This document shows, one piece after another, positions 48,158 through 57,221 of a DNA stretch of 64,000 nt. Position numbers and translations under genes: made by a program. How positions within the stretch are numbered: the stretch's first letter is position 1; every line of letters begins with the position of its first letter. The notes below the pieces were generated by a model. The model made no database searches. It was not told the origin of the DNA and saw only the letters and a program-made list of their open reading frames with translations. The DNA comes from Oscillospiraceae bacterium (GTDB lineage Bacteria; Bacillota; Clostridia; UMGS1810), in assembly GCA_015068985.1 (NCBI GenBank), contig SVJL01000003.1, positions 203 through 64,202 on the forward strand. Direction: 5' to 3'.

Positions 48158-48159
48158 TT

Positions 48160-50271
48160 TTGGAGGGGACATATTTGCTTACAGCGGAAAAAAACTATGA
48201 TTTCAGAAAAAGAATGCTTGAAATCCACGAAAAAAATATCCGTAATTATGATATAAAACCAGAATCGGATTGTTTTGATATATGTGATAATGTTGGATTT
48301 TATATTGACGAAAATGCTGATGATATTGTTCTCACTGCAGCTCGCGATTTTGTTGACTATATGTTCACATCGCAAAATGTTTCTCTTGCTCTTAAAAAGG
48401 GAAAAGCAAAGCTTCCTTGCATAAATCTGAGACTTGCATCAGACGCAGGTTTCGATCTCAAGGATGCTGCAGGTTACAGAGGATTTTGCATAGAGATAAA
48501 CCAAGACGGTGTTTTTGTTTACGGCAATGATAGCCGCGGCATTGCACAGGGGGTATACTATCTTGAAGACATTATGACTATGAAAAAGGCACCCCACCTC
48601 AAATTTGGCACTACATATCTCAAAAGTGTATTTTCACCTCAAATGGTTCATTCGGGCTATGCGCTCGATGAGTATCCAAATGAGCATCTTTCGGCAATTG
48701 CTCACGAAGGTCGTGACGCGATCCTTGTTTTTGCAGAGGGAGCAAATAAGTCTCCGAGAGGATATGTGGATTTTAACGAGCTTATATACAGAGCTTCAAA
48801 ATACGGACTTGATGTGTATGCCTATAGCTACATTAAAAGTGAAATGCACCCCGATGATTTGGGTGCCGATGAATATTATGAGTCAACCTATGGCGAGCTA
48901 TTCAAAAAATGTCCCTGCTTAAAGGGTGTGTTTCTGGTTGGAGAGTCAGTGTCTTTCCCGAGTAAGGATCCCCATACATACTTTGGATCGCGCGATTTAA
49001 AAAAAGGCGAAATACCAACCGACAAGCCCGACCCCGGATGGTATCCGTGTTGCGATTATCCCGAGTGGATAAGTATGGTAAAAAAGCATGTGTGCAAATA
49101 TAACCCCAGTGCTGACATTATTTTTTGTTCTTACAACTGGTCAATAAATCCCGAAGAAGAAAGGGTTAAGCTCATAAATGCACTTCCCAAAGACATTACA
49201 CTGCTTGCAATGTTTAATGTCAACTATGAATTTGAAATTGCCGGTGCCAAATATACCAGCCATGACTATTCAATTTCGCGCCCCGGATACAGTGCGTATT
49301 TTGAAAGCGAAGCAAGAGCTGCAAAGAAAAACGGAATAAAACTTTATTCTATGACAAATTCAGGCGGGCTCACATGGGATTTTGGTGTTGTTCCTTATTT
49401 ACCATTTCCGCATCAATGGCTCAAGCGTTACCGTTTGATGCTTGAAGCACATGACAAATGGAACCTTAGCGGAATCATGGAATGTCATCACTACGGGTTG
49501 TATCCGTCATTTATCAGCAAGCTTTCCAAATTTGCATATTTTGAACCGCGTATGAACATGGATATGGTTCTTGAAAACATTTTAAAAAGCGAATTTGGCA
49601 GTGCTTGTTATGACATAGTAAATAATGCTCTGAGCTTATGGAGCGATGCAATAAATTATTACATTCCAATAAATGCCGACCAATATGGTGCGTTCCGTGT
49701 TGGCCCGTCTTACCCGTTCTGCTACATAAAAGAAATCAAAATCCCCGACCTACCCCATTGCTTGTGGGGGAGTCGCATCTGTCTTCCAAACTATATTGAT
49801 CAGGATGATGGCACTCACATAGTTCCTCTTTCATCAATTTCTTTGCCAAATGAAATTGCTTCGTTGGAAAAATTAAAAAAGGGCTTGCACGATGGATTGG
49901 AAACACTAAAAAGTGTTGATAATCCCAACAACAAGCTCCTGATGCTGATAAATCTTGGTGAATTTTTGTACCGTTCAACCATAACCGGCATCAATGCAAA
50001 ACGCTGGTGTATTTTGAAAAACAAAACGAAAAGTGAAACCGATAAGAAAAAAATGGCATTGCTTTTTGACGAGATGAAAGAGCTTTTGCTTTATGAAAGA
50101 GAAAATGCAAAGCTTACAATCCCGCTTGTCCAAAATGATTCCCGTCTTGGTTGGGAACCATCTATGGAATATATGACAGACGAAGAGCATTTGCTCTGGA
50201 AAATAAAACAAGTGGATTATGTATTAAATGTAGAACTCAAAAACAGCAAAGATAATCTTGATGTTTCATAA
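48160..50271 (+). CDS. Uncharacterised ~700-aa protein, possible glycoside hydrolase-like
   Basis: Long uninterrupted ORF with coding-like composition. The segment GFCIEINQDGVFVYGNDSRGIAQGVYYLEDIM resembles N-terminal domains seen before TIM barrels in GH20/GH67/DUF4838-type proteins (from memory only). The start is a non-ATG: the track gives TTG at 48160, and TTG at 48175 lies 7 nt after GGAGGGG. Confidence 0.45.
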   Translation: MEGTYLLTAEKNYDFRKRMLEIHEKNIRNYDIKPESDCFDICDNVGFYIDENADDIVLTAARDFVDYMFTSQNVSLALKKGKAKLPCINLRLASDAGFDLKDAAGYRGFCIEINQDGVFVYGNDSRGIAQGVYYLEDIMTMKKAPHLKFGTTYLKSVFSPQMVHSGYALDEYPNEHLSAIAHEGRDAILVFAEGANKSPRGYVDFNELIYRASKYGLDVYAYSYIKSEMHPDDLGADEYYESTYGELFKKCPCLKGVFLVGESVSFPSKDPHTYFGSRDLKKGEIPTDKPDPGWYPCCDYPEWISMVKKHVCKYNPSADIIFCSYNWSINPEEERVKLINALPKDITLLAMFNVNYEFEIAGAKYTSHDYSISRPGYSAYFESEARAAKKNGIKLYSMTNSGGLTWDFGVVPYLPFPHQWLKRYRLMLEAHDKWNLSGIMECHHYGLYPSFISKLSKFAYFEPRMNMDMVLENILKSEFGSACYDIVNNALSLWSDAINYYIPINADQYGAFRVGPSYPFCYIKEIKIPDLPHCLWGSRICLPNYIDQDDGTHIVPLSSISLPNEIASLEKLKKGLHDGLETLKSVDNPNNKLLMLINLGEFLYRSTITGINAKRWCILKNKTKSETDKKKMALLFDEMKELLLYERENAKLTIPLVQNDSRLGWEPSMEYMTDEEHLLWKIKQVDYVLNVELKNSKDNLDVS

Positions 50272-50308
50272 TTTATAATCCAAATTACAATAAAGAAGGA
50301 GAAGAAAA

Positions 50309-51466
50309 ATGATGAAGAGTTTTTGTAAAACAATAGCATTGCTTCTTACTTTCGCACTCTTATTCACAACATCGTTTCAGGCTTTAGCAAACCCTTCATA
50401 TCTGCACACCAACTATGCCGATGTGCAAACAAGCTCAATTGCGGCATCGTATCTTGATATGATGGGCATCATTGACGAATGCGATAAGTCAGCTCCCGTA
50501 ACAAGAGGGTATGCTGTGAGCACAATTGTTCGTGCAATGGGTCTGGAAAAGGTGGCACAAAGCGGCAATTCTATATACACAGATGAAGAAAAAATGGCCG
50601 CTGTTGCCCACAGAGTCGGTATTCTTTCGGGCAGCACACCGTCACAGTGGTCACTGGAATCCCCCGTCACCTATGAACAGCTTTGTAAAATGTTCGTTGT
50701 GGCACTTGGCTACGGCAACATCATAACCGGTGACAATGCGTTTCCTGCTTTGTATGTTTCTCAGGCATCAAAGCTTGGCATTAACCGCTATCTGACCGTA
50801 GTCAACTCGTCAGATGTCAACTTTAACGACTTTTGCCTTATGATGTATCAGGCAATGCAGGCAACTGTTTTGGAAATTGTTGGTGTTTATAACGACAATC
50901 TCACATATTCCAAATCGGAAGACCGCACTCTTGAATCTGTGTTTTTAGACACTCATAATCTTTCAAAAAAAGTTGGCATTGTAGATGGTGATTATTATGC
51001 AAGTTCAAACGCTGCCTGCATATGCACCCTTTCTCAGATTTGCATAGACGGCATCTACTACAGCTGCGACAGTGCCGAGTGTAAAGATTTGGTTGGTATG
51101 TGTGTTGAATTTGTATATAACAACTCAACTGCTTTAAACTCCCGCAAAATTGTGGGCATAAGAGCTTATGAAGACAACAGAGTTTTCACATTTAACCGCA
51201 ACAGTGATGTTGAATATGAAAACGGCAAGCTTCTCTACTACGAATCTGACCATGCTCAAAAAAGCATAAGACTCTCCGACGGCTTGATTCTCATATATAA
51301 CAATCAGCTTTGCAGCTCCTATAGCTTTGACGAGTTCAACCTTTCCGCATCTCATCTCAAGCTCGTCGACAACAACAACGACAACATCTACGATGTGATG
51401 TTTGTTACCGAATCGGAAAGTGTGATAGTGAGTCATGTTAGGTGTAATAATTTTACTATAAATTAA
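50309..51466 (+). CDS. Secreted protein with N-terminal SLH-like repeats, function unknown
   Basis: Signal peptide MMKSFCKTIALLLTFALLFTTSFQALA. Two weak SLH-like repeats follow (..AASYLDMMGII....VTRGYAVSTIVRAMG). Confidence 0.5.
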   Translation: MMKSFCKTIALLLTFALLFTTSFQALANPSYLHTNYADVQTSSIAASYLDMMGIIDECDKSAPVTRGYAVSTIVRAMGLEKVAQSGNSIYTDEEKMAAVAHRVGILSGSTPSQWSLESPVTYEQLCKMFVVALGYGNIITGDNAFPALYVSQASKLGINRYLTVVNSSDVNFNDFCLMMYQAMQATVLEIVGVYNDNLTYSKSEDRTLESVFLDTHNLSKKVGIVDGDYYASSNAACICTLSQICIDGIYYSCDSAECKDLVGMCVEFVYNNSTALNSRKIVGIRAYEDNRVFTFNRNSDVEYENGKLLYYESDHAQKSIRLSDGLILIYNNQLCSSYSFDEFNLSASHLKLVDNNNDNIYDVMFVTESESVIVSHVRCNNFTIN

Positions 51467-51494
51467 AGGAATCTGTTTAAAGGAGGTTTTTCAT

Positions 51495-52337
51495 ATGAGA
51501 GTATTAATGATTGGCGCCCATCAAGACGACAATGAATTTGAAAGCGGCGGTCTTGCATCAAAGCTCATTAAAAACGGTCACACCGTGCAATTTCTCAGTA
51601 TGTGCAACGGCTGTGGCGGTCATCACAAACTCGGTCCAAAAGAAATTTCGGAGCGAAGAGCAAAAGAATCTGCAAAGGTGGCAGAGCTTCTGGGGATAAG
51701 ATATGACATATGGGATAATGATGATTGTAATCTTGTTGCTGATTTGGAAACGCGCAAGCGCACCATTCGCTATATAAGAGAGTTTAATCCTGACCTTATC
51801 ATAACTCATAGAACGAATGACTACATGCCCGACCACAGAGCAACAGGTCAGCTTGTGGTTGATGCATCATATCTTCTGACTGTTCCAAACGAATGTCCCG
51901 ATGTGCCTGCTATGAGATTTATGCCAGTGATAATGTGTAGCGAAGACAAATTCACAAATCCCGTATTCAGACCCGATCTTGTTGTTGATATTGATTCCGA
52001 AGCTGAGGTTAAGCTTCAGATTGCAAATATCAATGTGTCTCAGGTGTATGAATGGCTTCCCTACACCTATGGCGAAACTGTGCCCGATGGTGATGCAGAG
52101 AGATTTGAGTGGCTGAAGGGCATGAAAATTACCAAAGACACAACCGACGAGGAAATCCTGGCGGCACCAAGAGGCTATGATGTTAGAAATGCAAAGCCTG
52201 CAGCACGCCACCGCGAGCGTCTCATAGAGCTTTATGGCGAAGAGAGAGGCAAAAAAATCCGCTATGCGGAGGCATATGAGGTTTGTGAATATGGCAGTCC
52301 TATGACTGAAGAAATGAAAAATGAATTGTTGAAATAA
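51495..52337 (+). CDS. PIG-L/LmbE family N-deacetylase
   Basis: VLMIGAHQDDNEFESGG corresponds to the AHPDDE metal-binding motif of the family. A downstream H..DH motif is also present. Confidence 0.8.
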   Translation: MRVLMIGAHQDDNEFESGGLASKLIKNGHTVQFLSMCNGCGGHHKLGPKEISERRAKESAKVAELLGIRYDIWDNDDCNLVADLETRKRTIRYIREFNPDLIITHRTNDYMPDHRATGQLVVDASYLLTVPNECPDVPAMRFMPVIMCSEDKFTNPVFRPDLVVDIDSEAEVKLQIANINVSQVYEWLPYTYGETVPDGDAERFEWLKGMKITKDTTDEEILAAPRGYDVRNAKPAARHRERLIELYGEERGKKIRYAEAYEVCEYGSPMTEEMKNELLK

Positions 52338-52384
52338 TCAATCGTTTCTCAGAATTGCAAATTAAAAATATTGTAGGTTTAGCT

Positions 52385-52712
52385 ATGATTAACAGAGTAT
52401 GTATACCCGACTATGAGTACAAAGAAAGAATTGCCAAAGCCGCTAAGCTTGTGAGAGAAAAAAGGCCTTGATGTTATGCTCGTGATGAGCACCGAGTCTG
52501 ACTATGCCAATGCCCGCTATTTCAGCGGATTCTGGCCTCTCTTTGAAAGAGCAGGTGTTGCAATTTCTGCAAACGGCGACGCTGCACTTCTGGTAGGTCC
52601 TGAGTGCATCATTTTTGCCAAAGATGTGGGCAAAATCCAAAAGCTTATATGCGAAATTTATAAAAAAGGCACTGAAAATTTTCAAAGGCATGCCGATAAA
52701 CTCTTTGTTTAA
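52385..52712 (+). pseudogene. Frameshifted and 3'-truncated M24-family (Xaa-Pro aminopeptidase/creatinase N-domain) gene
   Basis: The ATG at 52385 reads ...AKLVREKRP* with the stop at 52469. Removing one A from the A6 run (52458-52463) restores ...REKGLDVMLVMSTESDYANARYFSGFWPLFE.... That frame still ends at 52712, after only about 110 codons. Confidence 0.65.
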
Positions 52713-52774
52713 TACATTTAAAGTAAGGAGTTATTATTTGAAAAAATGGCATTGTTGAATGTGCATTTATAGTT

Positions 52775-53542
52775 CTAACACAATAGCGGTTCGGAGTGTT
52801 TTTTGCTTCTCCACACCGATGGCGACAATCCGGTTTCTTTATAAAACAGTTTGTAAAAGTATGAATAGTCATTAAATCCGCTTTTCATCGCGATGCTTTC
52901 GGCTGTATCTGATGTCACTTCAAGCAAATATTTGGCTCGGCTAAGCTTTAGATCATTCATGTATTTTATGGGTGTTACACCAAATTTTTTCTTGAAAATG
53001 TTAATGATGTGATTTTTGCTGAAATGGAAATGACTGCATATATTTTCAAGGGTTATTTTGCTACTGGGGTGGTCACATATATACTTCGCAATCTCGCTTG
53101 CGATATCTGAATGTTTTTCTTTTTCTTGCAAATGGAGTAACAATTCATAAAACTTTGCAGTTTTAGCGATCAACGAAGTGTCTGCATGTGACAGACAATC
53201 GAGTTCTTCCATTAGCTTCTTCAGATTTGAATAATCAAATGTGCCTTTAAAAGGAAGAACATTCCCTTCGTCTGAGAATTCTGAAAGAAAGTGAATGTAT
53301 AAATATTTTGGTGCATCACTTGCTTTTTCTCCTTTTTGAAAACTGTTCTTTTTTTGAATATGGTATTGCCCGGGATGTATTTCATAGTCTATGTTGTCTT
53401 CAGTAAAACGCAACACCCCTTCATAAACCATAATCAGCACATCATTATTACAAAAACGGGTAATATGATGCTCGTTTTCAGAAAAAAATCTTAATGATGA
53501 GTACAAAAAAGTAATGGGTTTGTTCAAATCTATTCCTTTCAT
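52775..53542 (-). CDS. AraC family transcriptional regulator
   Basis: The C-terminal double HTH reads ICSHFHFSKNHIINIFKKKFGVTPIKY...SGFNDYSYFYKLFYKETGLSP. The ATG at 53542 follows GGTGA. Confidence 0.85.
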   Translation of the reverse strand: MKGIDLNKPITFLYSSLRFFSENEHHITRFCNNDVLIMVYEGVLRFTEDNIDYEIHPGQYHIQKKNSFQKGEKASDAPKYLYIHFLSEFSDEGNVLPFKGTFDYSNLKKLMEELDCLSHADTSLIAKTAKFYELLLHLQEKEKHSDIASEIAKYICDHPSSKITLENICSHFHFSKNHIINIFKKKFGVTPIKYMNDLKLSRAKYLLEVTSDTAESIAMKSGFNDYSYFYKLFYKETGLSPSVWRSKKHSEPLLC

Positions 53543-53664
53543 ATCAATCACCTTATATGAATATAGCAAAAATGTGTGATATTGTCAAGGTTATATGTGA
53601 AAAAAACAATTTTTTTCAGCGTGATTGGTGTGATATAATCAATATATAACAAGGAGTGTACGAT

Positions 53665-55476
53665 ATGAACAAATGGAACTTTTTTACAACCAATGAAATA
53701 AGCGCAGATGGTTGGCTGAAAAGACAGCTTCAAATTCAAGCTGAAGGTCTTAGCGGAAACCTGGACAAAATTTGGAAAGACATAAAAGACAGTGCATGGA
53801 TCGGCGGTTCTGCCGAAGGGTGGGAGAGAGTGCCATATTGGCTCGATGGTTTTGTGCCTCTTGCATATCTGCTTGAAGATAAAGATATGATTTCAAGGGC
53901 ACAAAAGTATATCGATGCAATAATAGCTCGTCAGGCTCCTGATGGGTGGATTTGTCCTTGCGAAGTCAGCGAAAGAGAAACTTACGATACTTGGGCGATT
54001 CAGCTCATAACAAAGGTGCTGGTTGTTTATTATGAGTGTTCAAATGATGAGAGAATCCCCAAAGTTGTGTATGACACCCTCAGAAATTATTATGATCTTT
54101 TGAGCAGTGGAAAAATAAAATTGTTCAACTGGAGCAAGCTTCGCTGGTTTGAAACATTCATTGCAATAAACTTTTTATATGAAAGATATAAGGAAGATTG
54201 GATTGTTAGTCTTGCTGAAATTATGCATTCTCAAGGTGCCGACTATAATGAGTTTACTCATCTATGGAAAAGACCGCTTAACCTTTGGAAACATGAAACC
54301 CATATTGTAAACATTACTATGGCATTAAAACATGAAGCATTGTCTTCGGATATTATTGGCAAACCATACACAGACAATGCTGAAAAATTATATGAAATAC
54401 TCTATGGTTATAATGGCACTCCAGTAGGTTTGTTTACAGGTGATGAATGTCTTTCGGGTCTTAGCCCTATTCAGGGGACAGAACTTTGCGCTGTTGCTGA
54501 ACAGATGTATTCTTACGAGCACCTGTACGCACGCACAGGTGATTCAAAGTGGGCAGAAAGACTTGAACTCATTGCTTTTAATGCTCTTCCAGCAACGATA
54601 AGTGATGATATGTGGACTCATCAGTATGTTCAGATGAGTAATCAAATCGCATGTCAACGCTTTCCGCGTAAGCCAATTTTTCGTACCAATGGTGGGGAGG
54701 CTCATTTGTTTGGCCTTGAACCTCACTTTGGCTGTTGCACAGCAAACTTTAATCAGGCGTGGCCTAAGTTTGCGTTGTCTGCATTTATGCACAACGGCAA
54801 CACCATAATTAATGTTGTGCCTGTTCCTTGCATTTTGAACTCCAAAAAGGCAGAAATCAAGCTTGAAACAAATTATCCCTTTGAAAACCAATTCAGATAT
54901 ATTGTTAATGCAAAGGATAAATTCACTTTCAAGGTTCGCATCCCTTCTTTTGCCAAAAATCTCATGGTTGACGGCAAACAAATGAATGAAAATGAGCTTA
55001 CTTTTGAGTTTGACGCAGGAGAAAATAAAGTGATTGATGTATTTTTTGAAACAACTCCTCATTTTGAAGACAGACCCAACAGCCTAAAAACGGTCAAATG
55101 CGGTTCTCTTGTGTTCTCTTTGCCTATAAAGTGTGAGAAAAAAATGTACGAATATGAAAGAAATGGCGTTGAGAGGAAGTTCCCATATTGTGATTATGAA
55201 CTCATTCCCATTTCTGATTGGAATTATGCATATTGTAAAAATGAATTTTGTGTTGAGTTTGATGGAGTTGGCAACATTCCGTTCTCATCTGAAAATCCTC
55301 CCATTACAATAAAGACGAAGGCGAAAAAAATCGACTGGGGATTTGCAGACGGATATGAAGATGTTTGTGCAAAGATTCCTGAATCGACAAAACCGATTAG
55401 CGAAGAGACGGATATTGTGTTGCATCCGTATGGTTGTGCCAAATTAAGAATGACTGAAATGCCGTTAATAGACTGA
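53665..55476 (+). CDS. GH127-like (beta-L-arabinofuranosidase/DUF1680 family) glycoside hydrolase
   Basis: GTELCAVAEQ (E-x-C) and HFGCCTANFNQ (CC-x-x-N) match the Zn/Cys catalytic motifs recalled for HypBA1-type enzymes. The ATG at 53665 lies 8 nt after AAGGAG. Confidence 0.65.
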   Translation: MNKWNFFTTNEISADGWLKRQLQIQAEGLSGNLDKIWKDIKDSAWIGGSAEGWERVPYWLDGFVPLAYLLEDKDMISRAQKYIDAIIARQAPDGWICPCEVSERETYDTWAIQLITKVLVVYYECSNDERIPKVVYDTLRNYYDLLSSGKIKLFNWSKLRWFETFIAINFLYERYKEDWIVSLAEIMHSQGADYNEFTHLWKRPLNLWKHETHIVNITMALKHEALSSDIIGKPYTDNAEKLYEILYGYNGTPVGLFTGDECLSGLSPIQGTELCAVAEQMYSYEHLYARTGDSKWAERLELIAFNALPATISDDMWTHQYVQMSNQIACQRFPRKPIFRTNGGEAHLFGLEPHFGCCTANFNQAWPKFALSAFMHNGNTIINVVPVPCILNSKKAEIKLETNYPFENQFRYIVNAKDKFTFKVRIPSFAKNLMVDGKQMNENELTFEFDAGENKVIDVFFETTPHFEDRPNSLKTVKCGSLVFSLPIKCEKKMYEYERNGVERKFPYCDYELIPISDWNYAYCKNEFCVEFDGVGNIPFSSENPPITIKTKAKKIDWGFADGYEDVCAKIPESTKPISEETDIVLHPYGCAKLRMTEMPLID

Positions 55477-55529
55477 TTTCAAACAAATATTTAATTGTTA
55501 AGTAAATAAAACAAAACGGAGGTAATTTT

Positions 55530-57152
55530 ATGAAAAAAACCTTAAGACTCACTGCCTTATCAGTAATTGTGATTCTCGCTTTAGGATTGCTTTCAGGATG
55601 TGGTGAAAGTTCCGGTTCTCAGCAAGCACAGACAGATGGAAAAAATTTTAGCTTTTGGTGTGTAATGGATGGTTTTTCCCAGGCATCACTAAAAAATTAC
55701 AACGAAATGCTATTTTATCAGAAGCTTGAAGAAGCAACAGGCGTGCATATTGATTTTATTCATCCTATAGAAGGCTCAACCGGAAACGAAGCGTTTATTG
55801 CAATGCTGACTTCAGAAAAAATGCCTGATCTTATTGAATACAACTGGTCTGAATATTCTGGTGGCCCGACACAGGCTCTTGATGATGATGTTATAATTTC
55901 TCTCAATGACTATCTCGAAGACCATGCTCCTAACTATTATGACTATATGGAGGGAGAAAAAGCTAAGGCTCACGATTATACATGGAAACTTCAAGCAACC
56001 ACGGAAGACGGCAGATACTATGGCTTTAATGTGCTTGATATTGGCACAAAGCAATGTGCCAACGGCATATTCGTGAGAGCAGATCTCCTCAAAAAATGGG
56101 GTATGGAAATTCCTGAAACAATCGATGAGTGGAGTGCAGTGTTTGCAAAAGCAAAGGCGGAAGGTTTCTCTAAACCCTTTACCTGTGTGTTGGCCTATTT
56201 GAATTTTACCGCTGATACTCACCAGTCATTCAACACAGCATTTGATGTTGGTATGGGCTTCTATCTTGAAGGTGACAAAGTTGTGTATGCTCCTTTCCAG
56301 CCGGGCTACAAAGAATATGTTGCCCAAATGGCCGAGTGGACAAAATTGGGTTATATCGACACTGGATTCGTAACCAATGACGGGGCGAAAGTTGAATCCA
56401 ATCTTTACAATGATGTTTCAATAGCCGCTTGCGGATTTGTTGGTTCTGCTATTGGAAAAATTCTTCCTGCGGGTCAGGGCAAAAATCCAGAGTTTGACCT
56501 TGTAGGATGTCCTTATCCTGTGCCTGAAAAGGGCGGTATAGCTCAGTTCCAGCATATCAATCCATCTGCAACGGAACTCGCAATTTCTATAACACCACAA
56601 TGCGGTAATTATGAAAAGGCAGTTGAATGGTGCGATTTTATTTACGGCAAGGAAGGTATGGAATATCAACTGTTTGGTGTAGAGGGCGACACTTACACAA
56701 TGGTTGAGCGTGATGGTGAAATGCATTATCAGTATACTGACAAAGTTGTGAAGAACTACGAAGCCGAAGGCTTATCTTCCATTTCGGAGTCGCTTTATCA
56801 CTATATGCTTCCCACTAACCATCCTGGTATCAATCAGCACCCCGACTATTTCTATGGTTACTATGAACTTGACCGTCAGAAAGAAGCTTTTCGCACATGG
56901 AATATTTATTCAAAGTATGCAATAAAACATGCTCTTCCCCGACTTAGTTACTCAACGGAAGAAAGCCGTGAAATCACTGACATAAAAGAAATTGCCGAAG
57001 CTGAGCTTGAAGTTGCGATTTGTGATATTATTCTTGGCAAAAAGTCAATTAATACTTACGATGATGCAATTAAGGCGGCTAAAGCAAATGGTTATGACAG
57101 ATGGATTGAAATCGTTCAGGGTTCATATGACAGATTTTGTGCAAAAAAATAA
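55530..57152 (+). CDS. ABC transporter extracellular solute-binding lipoprotein (large, family-1 type), orphan
   Basis: Lipobox LLSGCGES. At 540 aa it is typical of the large oligosaccharide-binding proteins of Firmicutes. There are no adjacent permease or ATPase genes. Confidence 0.8.
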   Translation: MKKTLRLTALSVIVILALGLLSGCGESSGSQQAQTDGKNFSFWCVMDGFSQASLKNYNEMLFYQKLEEATGVHIDFIHPIEGSTGNEAFIAMLTSEKMPDLIEYNWSEYSGGPTQALDDDVIISLNDYLEDHAPNYYDYMEGEKAKAHDYTWKLQATTEDGRYYGFNVLDIGTKQCANGIFVRADLLKKWGMEIPETIDEWSAVFAKAKAEGFSKPFTCVLAYLNFTADTHQSFNTAFDVGMGFYLEGDKVVYAPFQPGYKEYVAQMAEWTKLGYIDTGFVTNDGAKVESNLYNDVSIAACGFVGSAIGKILPAGQGKNPEFDLVGCPYPVPEKGGIAQFQHINPSATELAISITPQCGNYEKAVEWCDFIYGKEGMEYQLFGVEGDTYTMVERDGEMHYQYTDKVVKNYEAEGLSSISESLYHYMLPTNHPGINQHPDYFYGYYELDRQKEAFRTWNIYSKYAIKHALPRLSYSTEESREITDIKEIAEAELEVAICDIILGKKSINTYDDAIKAAKANGYDRWIEIVQGSYDRFCAKK

Positions 57153-57166
57153 GTAGATATCAACGT

Positions 57167-57196
57167 GAAAAAGGGACACATCAGTGTCTCTTTTTC
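57167..57196 (+). terminator. Possible intrinsic terminator after the binding-protein gene
   Basis: AAAAAGGGACAC-ATCA-GTGTCTCTTTTT. Confidence 0.55.
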
Positions 57197-57221
57197 GCCA
57201 ATAAAATAAGGAGTATTTTAA

